From positions 62,001 to 126,000 of the forward strand of contig NIVC01001201.1 in NCBI GenBank assembly GCA_002269645.1: 64,000 bases of DNA, in the 5' to 3' direction. How positions within the stretch are numbered: the stretch's first letter is position 1; every line of letters starts with the position of its first letter. The translations under genes and the position numbers were made by a program. The stretch is from Macrostomum lignano (Eukaryota). Under the pieces are notes generated by a model. That model ran no database searches and had not been told where the DNA came from. It worked only from the letters and a program-made list of their open reading frames with translations. Positions 53,045 through 64,000 of this stretch are shown piece by piece.

Positions 53045-53500
53045 ACATAAAAAGTTAACTGCTATGTCTATGATCACGTGACAAAGTAGCCAAACTTAAA
53101 TACAAAGTTAACTGCTGTCTATGGTCACGTGACAAAGTGGCCCGACTTCAATACAAAGTTAACTGCTGTCTATGGTCACGTGACAAAGTGGCCCGACTTC
53201 AATACAAAGTTAACTGCTGTCTATGGTCACGTGACAAAGTAGCCAAACTTCAATACAAAGTTAACTGCCGTCTATGGTCACGTGACAAAATGGCCCAACT
53301 TCAATACAAAGTTAACTGCTGTCTATGGTCACGTGACAAAGTAGCCAAACTTCAATACAAAGTTAACTGCTGTCTATGGTCACGTGACAAAATGGCCCAA
53401 CTTCAATACAAAGTTAACTGCTGTCTATGGTCACGTGACAAAGTAGCCAAACTTCAATACAAAGTTAACTGCTGTCTATGGTCACGTGACAAAATGGCCC
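53045..53500. repeat. 51-bp tandem repeat carrying the palindrome GTCACGTGAC
   Basis: Nine units; the palindrome starts at 53124, 53175, 53226, 53277, 53328, 53379, 53430 and 53481 (first unit ATCACGTGAC). Confidence 0.93.
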
Positions 53501-53598
53501 AAAAGAATTCACGGTATATTAGCTCGCATCACTGGAAAGTTCTAGAAGGAAAATCTCAACAACTGCCTCGACTGTCTAACTGACCAGCACTTGCGGGA

Positions 53599-56500
53599 TC
53601 AACACTCAGTCATCTCCGCAGCGGTCAGGACGTCAAATTCCCGGTCAGTCAGCCGCACCATACACTCGGCTGGGAGCAGCTTCAGCAGGGCATCAATTGT
53701 AGGCAAGCCGCCCAGCCCGGCAGCGTGTCCGATCACGATCAGCTTGCGCTTTGCCCGCGTCACCGCCACGTTAAATCGGCGCGGATCGCTCAGGATGGAG
53801 CTGGCGGAGGCTGCGCCGGCTTCTCGGCGAGCCATGGACAGCAAGATGAGGCTCTTGTCCCGACCCTGGAACTGGTCGATTGTGCTGGCCTCAACGCCAG
53901 TCAACTGCGAGCCGGACTCGGCGCTAAGGCGGCGTCGGAGCAGCGCGACCTGATCGCGGTAGGGCGACATCAGGCCGACGTCTGCCGGTGCCGCGGCGGC
54001 GGGGCAGAGCAGGCGGAGGAGACTGACGGCCAGCGACGCCTCCAGCGGGTTGGCGAGGCTCGAAGACCCCGATGCTTGGCCCGCGAGGCTGCTGCGGCGG
54101 CCGCATGACTCCGCCTGGACCGAATCCTGCGAAAGGGATTAGACCATAGACAGCATGAGTGAGGATGGGAGTGACAATGGAGACTGGCTATGTTGCACTA
54201 GAGTAACCTTGCTGAATTGGAGAGTGACAATGCTGAATTAGAGAGTGACACTGCTGAATTGGAGAGTGACACTGCTGAGTTGGAGAGTGACAATGCTGAA
54301 TTGGAGAGTGACAATGCTGAATTGGAAAGTGACAATGCTGAATTGGAGAGTGACACTGCTGAATTGGAGAGTGACAATGCTGCATTACATCGATCGAAGC
54401 TATAGACTTCAGCAACCACAAACGGATAAAGACGGCACTCACAATGCGCTCGGTGCTGACAAAGACCAGAGAGTGCTCAAGCCTGTCGGACCAGACGGCA
54501 GCCAGACAGGCAAGAGGGTCTCGCAGCCGAGGTGGGAGAGTCACAGCCGGCAGAGTGAGTTGGGAGACGGACTCGTGAGCCGTGAGCTCCCCATTGTACA
54601 GCAGCTGGTTGGGCAGCTGCAGCAGATAGGAGTTCATTCGGTACTGCTCGGTGAGGGCGAACGTCACCCTGGCTGTGACGGCCTCCCTGTTGAGCAGGCG
54701 GCAGAGCAGGCTGCGGCCGAGGCCCAGGGAGGCGGCGCGCCGACTCAGCACCATGGGGGGCAGCTGGTGCGGGTCGCCGACCAGCAGGAAGCGGCCGCCG
54801 CTGCCCGACAGGCGGAGAAGCGGCCCGAGACAGGCTGGGAGAGGCGCCTTGATTTCACGAGGGTCAGATGCTTTGGAGTTAGGGTAATGGGATTTTGAGT
54901 CTTCTGTCAGTAGGGACTAAGGATCTGTCAGAGAGGCTTAAGGATCTGTCAGAGGGGCTTAAGGATCTGTCAGAGGGGCTTAAGGATCTGTCAGAGGGGC
55001 TTAAGGATCTGTCAGAGGGGCTTAAGGATCTGTCAGAGGGGCTTAAGGATCTGTCCGAGAGGATTTAAAATCTGTTAGAGGCTTAATGATCTGTCAGAGA
55101 GGGCTAAGGATCTGTCAGAGAGGATTAACGATAAGGAATCGGTTAGTGGGGATTCAGGCGGGATTTTAAATGTGGGATTTGAGTTTACCACTGTAGGACA
55201 CAGCCCACAGAGCAAGAGCCGGAATGTACCTGCCCGGCCTCATCAATGAGAGCGAAGTCGAACTGGCAGCGGGCCAGGCAGGGGTCCAGCGCCCCTAAGC
55301 AGGTGCAGCCGAAGACTGGCCGCGACTCAACCAAGGCGCGCACGCCAGCGGAGGTGGCGCCAGAGCTTCCTTCGCGCTGCTGCTGCTGGAGCGACTGCAG
55401 CTCGGAGGCAAGGCAGCGAGACCGGATTCGAGGGTGCACTCGGGCCTCCTGGCCGATGCGGAGCAGCCCGACCTGCGGGGCCGCGGCGTCAGGAATGAAT
55501 GCAGTGTCAGGTGTTTTGTTGCTGGGTGTCAGTGGATGTCAGTAGCTTAGGTGGGTGTCAGGAGTGTCAGGTGTTTTGTTGCTGGGTGTCAGTGGATGTC
55601 AGTAGCTTAGGTGGGTGTCAGGAGTGTCAGGTGTTTTGTTGCTGGGTGTCAGTGAATGTCAGTAGCTTAGGTGGGTGTCAGGAGTGTCAGTGGATGTCAG
55701 GAGTGTCAGTGGATGTCAGGAGTGTCAGTGGATGTCAGGAGTTTCAGTGGATGTCAGGAGTGTCAGTGGATGTCAGGAGTGTCAGTGGATGTCAGGAGTT
55801 TCAGTGGATGTCAGGAGCAGCGGTGGGTGTCAGGAGTGTCAGTGGATGTCAGGAGCAGCGGTGGGTGTCAGGAGAGGGGGTGGGTGTTAGGAGCGGCGGT
55901 GGGTGTCAGGAAAAGCAACAGATTATCAAGAAAGGCGGAAACAAAATTCCAAACCAAAATAGGACACAAAAGCAAATTAATAAACCTGCGGATAGGTGTC
56001 GGCAATCTTAACCAGAATGTTGTCAACAGCGCTATGTGTGTAGGCCGATACGAGAACCCTGGCGCCCAGGTGAACGAGCGCCGCCACCAGAGCGGCAAGG
56101 AAAGTGGTCTTACCTGGCAGTTAAAAATGCACGATGAAAATAGTTACTACAAATCAAAGTAATAACATTTAAATCTTTTTTATGCTCGCTCGGGCGTATT
56201 CAGCATGCCAGTGAAGTATGAGACAGACCAGGCCTATGGGCTAAGGTCTGCGATGCTCCACGCCTGCCCCTATCTTCAGTAGGTAAAGGCTGGTGGGAGG
56301 TCTGCACCCTCTATTTGCCGCTGGCAGCCGCAGACCCCCCCCCACGCTGTTTTGCAAGCCGACCCAGGGGTACCCGTCCCGCGAGTGTTCAAGGCAGACC
56401 CTAGGGCTGCCGGACTGACTGGGCTCCGGCGCTGGGGACCCATCCAGTGGCTTTTGCCGAACTTGGGTATGCGGGTTTGGTTCGCCAGTCCGCAGACCGT

Positions 56501-59500
56501 GGTACTGCTCAACGTACCCTCTAATGCCTAAGGTGTTCGACCGTGCCGATGGGCTGGAAGGCCGGGGAGTAGTCCGGTCGCAAGCGGTCCCCCTCTTGGT
56601 GTCGGGCCAGCCTTGAGGGTTCTTTTGGCCTACTGCCCGGTCAGGTGGAGCGACCGGGTGGGTACCGCGCCCCTTCGAGGGTAGCCCACCAACTTTTATC
56701 ATGGCCTTCGAGCCGACTATGGATAATAAACAAGCTATTTCTAGGGACGGGGACCCTTCTAAACCCCAACCTCAGTCCGACGGACCAGCCGGCCCTGCTG
56801 GCAGATCCTAACCGACTGATTCAACTGTGGCAAAGGGAGGGCCGGCTGGCTCTGCTGGCAGATCCGACCAGAGCTACCAAACTCAAAGTACCCAAAGACC
56901 TGCCAGCTCTGCTGGAGGATCAAAGGGAACCGCGAGCTCTGAGCCTAAAGGACCGGCCAAATCTGGCAGATCCGACGAAGCTCAGCGGGCTCGGCTTGAG
57001 CGCAAACGCGCTAAGCAACGCGCCAAAAGGCAGGCCAAGTAGGGAGCTGCGGGGGCCAAAGCGGCGGCGTCCACCATGGACGCTGAAGCAACTGGCGTCC
57101 CAAGGCAACCAGACGGGCCGGCCGGTGGAAGCTCCGGTAGTTCAGCGGCGGCGCTCCCTGGAGATGCTGCTGCGGCTGCTGAGGCCGAAACCACGGCGCA
57201 ACAAATGGCCACTGCCAACAAGGAGGTTCCTTCGGGAGCTACCTTTGCGGCGAAGGCCAAGGCCAAAATCCCGGGAGTGATCATTCAAGGTCGCGACCAG
57301 GACTGGACCACTGATCAGCTTCAAAAAGTGTGGAGTGCTATTGACTCCTATCTGATTGAGCTGACTGTCGAGGAGGGAATCTCCATCGGCATTGAATGGA
57401 TGGTGCTGCGAAGCACATTCGTTCTTATTGCTCCTAGCAGTGAGGAGGACGCTCAGCAGCTGCTTCAGCGGCTGCCGACGGTCTCCTTGGATGCTGACCT
57501 CGGCGGAGCCCTTTTTCTTCGCGAAGGCCAGCGTCCAAAGACAATAACCTAGGTGGTTTTTGTCCCTGCAAAGAGCACCGCAGCTGGACCAGACGTTATC
57601 CGCCGGGTCCTACTGCGCCTGAATCCCGACCTCCCTGCTAGTGGACTGGTGTATCACCGCAATGTCTGCAGGGGGGAGACGGGCAAATCAATCGTCATCG
57701 GCCTTTCCAACGCTTGGGCGAGTCGGTACCCTAACGGATCCTCTTTCCAGCTGGGTGCCCTCAAGCTCAAGATGCGCCGAGGAAAGTCTGCCAAGGGGAA
57801 GGCTTCTGCCAACCCCGGCATCTCCGGCAAGAGCGGGGCGCAGTCTAAGGCACAAGGAAAGGCGCAAGCCGATCCCAAAGCCGGAGCTGCGTCTGGCCCC
57901 TCTGCTAGCAGCAATTCGGCGACCGCGGTGACGGCTCCGGCCAAGCCCCGGGAAGCGAACCTGCTAGCAGGAGAAGGAGTTGAGGACGAGGCTGGGTCTT
58001 CGGAATCCGAGCTCTCCTCGGCCACCCTGGTGGGGTCTGAAGGCAAAGATACAGATGAGGAAGCTTCCTCCATCCTGTCATCGGAGCCCGAGGACTCTGC
58101 TGGGGGGGGGGGGCTGGTGGGGGTGAGGAGGCCATAGACGTCGACCAACTCCCATCTCCCAGTCAAGCCCCAACGGCCTGGGACGAGGACGATTTGCTTT
58201 CCAAGTCTCCTTGATGGCCCGGGGTTCTAGCCAGCTATTGCATTTAATACAGTACGACTAAGCTCCACGCTGCCAAAGGAGCGACATTCTGTCTGCAAAT
58301 AAATTTACAGCATTGCGTATCTGCGTCAGTAAATCTGATGAAGATTGCTGAGCTGTACAGGCCAGGCCTCATCCTGATCCAGGAACCCTGGATGCGCACC
58401 GGTAAGTTGCCCAACATTCCTTCTGACTACTCTGACTTTTATGTGTGTGGCCCGGGGAACAGCCGCCCCAGAGCGGCTATCCTCGCTGCCAGCCATCTCC
58501 AGACTTGGCTGAGGACTGATCTCTCAGATGGAGACCACTGTGTCATCCAATCTAATCATATCTCTCCGCGGACGTGTCTTGCTGCTTCGATTTATATTCC
58601 AGGCGACAGAGACCCTGCACCTGGGAGTCTACTGCGCCTTGCGCAGTACTGCGAGTCCCAGAACGCTGAGCTGTGCTTAGGGGGCGACCTCAACGCGCAC
58701 CACAAGCACTGGGGCAGCAAAGATACCAACACTAGAGGAGAGGAGCTTCTGGCCCTTATCTCTAACACAAACCTCATGCTCTGCAACCGCGGTAGAACTC
58801 CTATCTTTAACAATGGCAGATGGACTGAGGTCCTCGATGCCACACTCGTTACCCCAAGACTCTTTGACAGAGTTGAGGAGTGGAGAGTCTGGTCTGAGGA
58901 GCCCTTCCTGTCCGATTGAGACCTGCGAGGATGTGGATCATGCGGCTGAGACGCTGACAGGTTGCATTATTGCAGCCTTTGAAGCGGCCTGCCCTGTCCG
59001 TGCCTACAAAGGCAAGACCTCGGCACCGTGGTGGAACCCGGAGCTGGGGAAACTCAGGCGGAAGGCCAAAAGCCTTCATCGCCGTGCCATGAAGACCGGA
59101 AACCCAGAGGACATGGAGCTTTTCCGACAAGCCTCCCGCAACTTCAAATCTGAAGTGCGCAAGGCCAAGGAATGTAAATGGCGCTAATTCTGCAATGAAT
59201 TGGATCAAGACAGACCTACTTCTAGGCTTGTCAAGGCCCTTACAATGGACAAAATGTCAAAATTAGCCATGATCAGAAAAGATGATGGCTCTCTTACTAA
59301 AGACCCTGAAGAAGTGCTTCAGTATATGCTCAGCACATTCTTTCCGACGGTACCCACTGCTAGATCGGAACCCAACCATTCGATGGATGGAACCACCCTA
59401 GCGGCGGGCATTATCACTGAAGACTTAATCGCTCGTGCGGTCAGAACCTTCAAGCCCTTCAAATCTCCTGGACCTGATGGTATCTACTCTGTTCTTCTTC

Positions 59501-62500
59501 GTGAAGCAGCCAAGATACTCTCGTTCTTGAGACTTACCCGCAATCTCATGCGGGCCTCTATCCAGCTGGGATACGTTGCCAAGTGCTGGACCGAAGCTCG
59601 GGTAGTCTTCATTCCCAAACCTGGGAAGGGTGACTACCAGAGCGTCAAGGCCTTTAGGCCAATTAGCTTAACGTCAGCAATGCTAAAGCTGACTGAGAGG
59701 CTTATTCTCTGGCGGCTGCTTTCATGCGATGCGAGCTGACAGCAATACCCCTCAGCAATCACCAGCACGTCTTCCGTACTGGGAGGGCGACTGACAGCGC
59801 CCTGCATGCGATAGTCGGAAGATTGAACTAAGCCGCCTCACCCGCATAGCGACCTGTGCCTCAACATTCTCAACGAGTGTCAGGCCAATCGCGTCTTTTA
59901 CCGATGGCATTGCCTAAACGCTCAACCTGAGACAACGCTAATCGACTCGCGCGATACCATCAATGACCACTGGAACCCTGGTGAGCTTCACTGCTACACC
60001 GATGGTTCTAAGCAGTCAGCCAACACCGGTTTTGGTGTTGGAATCTTCTTGAACGGGAGGGTCATCGCAACCCACGCTCAGTACACGGGGGTCAACTCCA
60101 GTGTCTTCCAAAATGAAGTTCTCGCCATCAGCTCCTGCACCGCAGAGCTCCTCGCCACTGGCGTAACCGGTAAGAACATTTTCCATTGGGACAGCCAAGC
60201 TGCCTTGCACGCCATCAGTGGCTGTAGTACCAATTCTGCTACAGTCCTCGACTGTATCAAACTCCTCAACATGTTGGGCTCCACCAATAAATTCACCTTT
60301 AAGTGGGTTCCGGGGCATGTGGGGATCCGAGGAAATGAGTTGGCTGACGCCCTTGCTAAAGTTGGCGCCTCCGGCTCCTCTCTCGGTCCCGAACCCCTTG
60401 TCCCGATTCCTGGCTCCCGACTCGCGCATCAAAGCGTGGATCAGGACCCAGCACCGCTCGACTTGGGCGAACTGCACCACCTGCAGGCAATCCAGAGGCG
60501 CTGTCCCTCAGCCCTCTCACCAGCTCCGGAAGCTCCTCTTGCGCCTCTCGCGCAGAGACATCCGGGCTGCCACCATGACCCTCTCAGGTCACGGCTGCTT
60601 CTCTAGGCACCAGTACCTGCAGGGCAACGCCACCAACGCCATCTGCAGTTTCTGTAACTCAGGTGACGGAACCGCTGAGTATTTCGTCAGCATCTGTCCC
60701 GCCTTTATGCGAGCCAGACTCACTTACCTCGGGCCACACACATCTATTACTGAAGCGTGCAAACCCGAAACTTTAATCAGCTCATGCGCTACCTCCGGGC
60801 CACCCGCAGGGCTGAACTCTCCTTTCCAGAGAGCACCATAGCTGCTGGCGACACTGGGGGACCTCCCTGGGCGGCGCCAACCCTTCGTCCATAGCGACGC
60901 GTCGGCCGTTCAGGGATTAGCGGAATGGGCGTTCGCGCCTTCCCGCTGTGTCCCCCGGGACAGCCTGCAGCTAAGCAAGTAAGTAAATGCTTTTTATAAC
61001 TTACCGGTTCCAGGATAGCCTTTGAGCAGGACGAAGTCCTTGGCTGCTAGGGTCGCTAGAAGGCACTTGCGCTGCTCCCTGTTCAGCGGCACCGCAAATT
61101 GTCGCACTGAAATCAATGCGTTTCAGTTTAGTGTAAATATAGCTGGCATGCGCAAGTAGCACTACTGCCTGCGTAAGTAATATAATTCAGACCTGACACG
61201 ACGGTCGCATGATCGAAGCTGGTCACCTCGGGCGGCCGCTTGTCAATGAGAAGCTCTCGCAGTCTTGTGCTGAAAGAAGCAAACAAAAAACTAATTTTGA
61301 GAAGCAAAGCAGAGGTTTGAGAAGATTGAAAAAAACCAGCCCCACCTGATAGGGGAATCTTCCATTAGCATAACCAGGTAGGATAGGCAAATTCCTATAG
61401 ATTTTTGCGAGTTGCTTTTTCGTATCCGATAATGCAGGTCCGTCTTCTTCAGCGGTCTGCAGGTAGAAGTTGGTGGCGATTTAGCAGGATGCTACAATTA
61501 TCCCTTTCGCTTAAACGGCTCCACCCGTCCCCTAAACAAGCTATCCCAGTCCCCTAATAGGCTCCATCCATTCACTAATTGTCCCTATCTATTCCCTAAC
61601 CGGTTCTCTAATTGGCTCTCCCTATTCCCTAATCAGCTCTATCAGTCCCCTAATCGGCTCTATATATTCCTTATCTGGTTCTCCCTATCCCTAATCGGCT
61701 GTCCATATCCCCTAATCGGCTCTCCCTATCCCCTAATCGGCTCTCCCCATCCCTTAACCACCTAAGGCTATCCCAGCATGCCCCTGCACACCTGTCGCAC
61801 AGCAGAGCCAGTCGGTCGCAGGCCATCTCCCTGACCAAGCCGGCGCACAGCCCGACCAGGCAGCCATCCGCCGAGTCCACCACAGCGAAGTCGCCCTCGG
61901 AGGCCACGTCCGTCAGCGGTGGCTCGTCGGTGCTGACGGCGACGGGAATTCAGCAATGGGGGGGGGGAGATAACAGAAGTGCAAGGTTGTCATGGCAACA
62001 CGATGAAAACAATAATCAAGAAACTCAAAATATATCATTGATGTTTACTCGAAAATGATTTTTAAATCCCAAAAATTGCAGTCTTGAATCCCTTTTAGGA
62101 TGCATGAATCTTTAAAAAATTATATTGCTAATATTAACAGAAAGAGTTAATCCTATACGAGTACTCGTAATTTAATCCCCAGATTTACAAATCACACAGA
62201 AGCTTCATCAATCCTTCAAATTAATCCTATTCTTTTCAATCATTCTATTCTAATATTTAGTTTCTCACCCTAATCCCTAAACCAAAATTCCAATCTCTTA
62301 TCCCCAATCCCCGATCCCAAATCCCAAATGCCTAATCCCCAATCCCAAATTGCTAATCCCTTATCCCTAATACCTAAACCCTAATCCCCAATCCTAATCT
62401 CTAAACCCTAAAACTTAATCCCCATTCCCTTATCCGCGTAATCCCAAAACCCTAATCCCTTATCTCTAATCCCAAAACCCCGATCCCTTATCCCTAATCT

Positions 62501-64000
62501 CTAAACCCTAATACCTAATCCTGTCAGGAATCGATAATCTAACTAGGCATTCCCCACCTATGCCAAGTAATTACTCGCCCGCGCTCACCCAGCAACCCGG
62601 AAGCGGACCAGAGTCTGCTGGCCGGAGCCGCCGTCCCGACCGCCGGCCGGCCGCTGCCCCTCGAACAGCAGAGTGGCGGATGCAGCCGCGGCAGCTGACG
62701 TAGCCTCAGCCTCCGCTTGGCCAGCCTGACGCTCCATCAGCAGCAGGCGACTCCAGTGGCCAAAGTAGGCCGCGTGCCTCTCGCTCAGGTGGCGCATCGC
62801 CTTCTCGGCAGATGGCCGACCGCCGAAACTGCAGCCGGCCTCGCCTGGCAAGGGGTGGGGGGTCGCGCTGAGCGTTAAAATCTGACAGCTTGGATTAGGG
62901 GATCAGGGATCAAGGGATCAGGGATCAAGGGATCAGGGATCAAGGGATCAGGGATCAAGGGATCAGGGATCAAGGGATCAGGGATCAAGGGATCAGGGAT
63001 CAAGGGATCAGGGATCAAGTAATCAAGGGATCAGGGAGTAGGGATCAACGATCTGGGATCAAGTGATCATGGGTCAAATATCTGGGATGTGGGATCAGGG
63101 ATCGGGAATCAATTATCAGGGATCAGGGATCAAGGGATCAGGGATCAAGGGATCAGGGGATCAGGGATCAAGGGATCAGGGATCAAGGGATCAGGGATCA
63201 AGGGATCAGGGATCAAGGGATCAGGGATCAAGGGATCAGGGATCAATGATCTGGGATCAAGTGATCATGGGTCAAATATCTGGGATGTGGGATCAGGGAT
63301 CGGGAATCAATTATCAGGGATCAGGGATCAAGGGATCAGGGATCAAGGGATCAGGGATCAAGGGATCAGGGATCAAGGGATCAGGGATCAAGGGATCAGG
63401 GATCAAGGGATCAGGGATCAATGATCTGGGATCAAGTGATCATGGGTCAAATATCTGGGATGTGGGATCAGGGATCGGGAATCAATTATCAGGGATCAGG
63501 GATCAAGGGATCAGGGATCAAGGATCAATGATCTGGGATCAAGTGATCGTGGGTGAATAATCTGGGATGTGGGATCAGGGATCAGGAATCAATTCTCAGG
63601 GGTCAAGGGATCTGGGATCAAGGGATCTGGGGTCAAGGGATCTGGGGTCAAGGGATCTGGGGTGAAAGGATCTGGGATCAAGTGATCGTGGGTGAATAAT
63701 CTGGGATGTGGGATCAGGGATCGGGAATCAATTATCAGGGATCAGGGATCAAGGGATCAGGGATCAAGGATCAATGATCTGGGATCAAGTGATCGTGGGT
63801 GAATAATCTGGGATGTGGGATCAGGGATCAGGAATCAATTCTCAGGGGTCAAGGGATCTGGGATCAAGGGATCTGGGGTCAAGGGATCTGGGGTCAAGGG
63901 ATCTGGGGTGAAAGGATCTGGGATCAAGGGATCTGGGGTCAAGGGATCTGGGGTGAAAGGATCTGGGATCAAGGGATCACCTTTTGCCAGCCGATGCAGC
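53599..64000 (-). CDS. DNA2: DNA2 nuclease/helicase, 3' portion (SF1 helicase domain); 5' part lies beyond the window
   Basis: Exons (minus): 63981-64000 (partial, tentative), 62589-62867 ([12 protein letters not shown]), 61792-61932, 61346-61456, 61193-61269 (LRELLID), 61005-61106 (LNREQ...KGYPGT), 55986-56113 (GKTT...[11 protein letters not shown]), 55230-55472 (DEAGQ), 54443-54847 ([15 protein letters not shown]), 53599-54126 ([30 protein letters not shown]). Phases are consistent. Confidence 0.93.
54165..55910. repeat. Three DNA2 intronic minisatellites (21 bp 54165-54385; 21 bp 54915-55130; 19 bp 55500-55910)
   Basis: GCTGAATTGGAGAGTGACAAT; TAAGGATCTGTCAGAGGGGCT; GAGTGTCAGTGGATGTCAG. 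Confidence 0.9.
56184..60983 (+). mobile_element. Second, decayed LINE of the same clade (copy E2) inside a DNA2 intron
   Basis: ORF1 is broken by TAG at 57550-57552. ORF2 fragments: LIQEPW/GDLNAHH (58338-58919), KSPGPD/FRPISL (59200-59739), YTDGSK and [15 protein letters not shown] (59995-60400). Internal RT deletion near 59820-59880; tail TAAGCAAGTAAG; possible degenerate TSD TAAATCTTTTTTAT (56170-56183) vs TAAATGCTTTTTAT (60984-60997). Confidence 0.9.
61540..63980. repeat. DNA2 intronic repeats: CCCTAAT-rich arrays (61540-61760, 62270-62520) and a 15-bp GGGATCAAGGGATCA array (62890-63980)
   Basis: Direct inspection of tandem units. Confidence 0.88.

Overview
This is AT/GC-mosaic eukaryotic (animal) genomic DNA with GC-rich exons and introns largely filled by private minisatellites. 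That style resembles a free-living flatworm such as Macrostomum; this is an inference and the organism cannot be proven from the window. Six spliced genes were reconstructed by hand from GT-AG junctions and reading-frame phase. ERK/MAPK (minus, complete, 362 aa) is head-to-head with OFD1 (plus). These are followed by a kinesin-14 with an unusual N-terminus (plus), a prosaposin-like gene (minus), a dve/Compass-SATB homeobox gene (minus) and the 3' part of DNA2 (minus, continuing off the window). Mobile DNA includes two divergent RNase H-bearing LINEs (LOA/I-group-like), a Crypton-type tyrosine recombinase fragment, mariner, Tc1, hAT and piggyBac derivatives, and a tRNA-headed SINE pair. Main leads: (1) a full-length young LINE with a perfect 15-bp target-site duplication sits inside a prosaposin coding exon; (2) the two LINEs share covarying RNA structures in both UTRs, including a GCAA-to-UUCG tetraloop swap; (3) the dve-like gene keeps only the second homeodomain; (4) some minisatellites are built from duplicated splice sites; (5) a 9-unit array carries the CLEAR/E-box palindrome. 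Several 1-nt indels fall in homopolymers, so some apparent lesions may be assembly errors. No tools were run; repeat boundaries are approximate.
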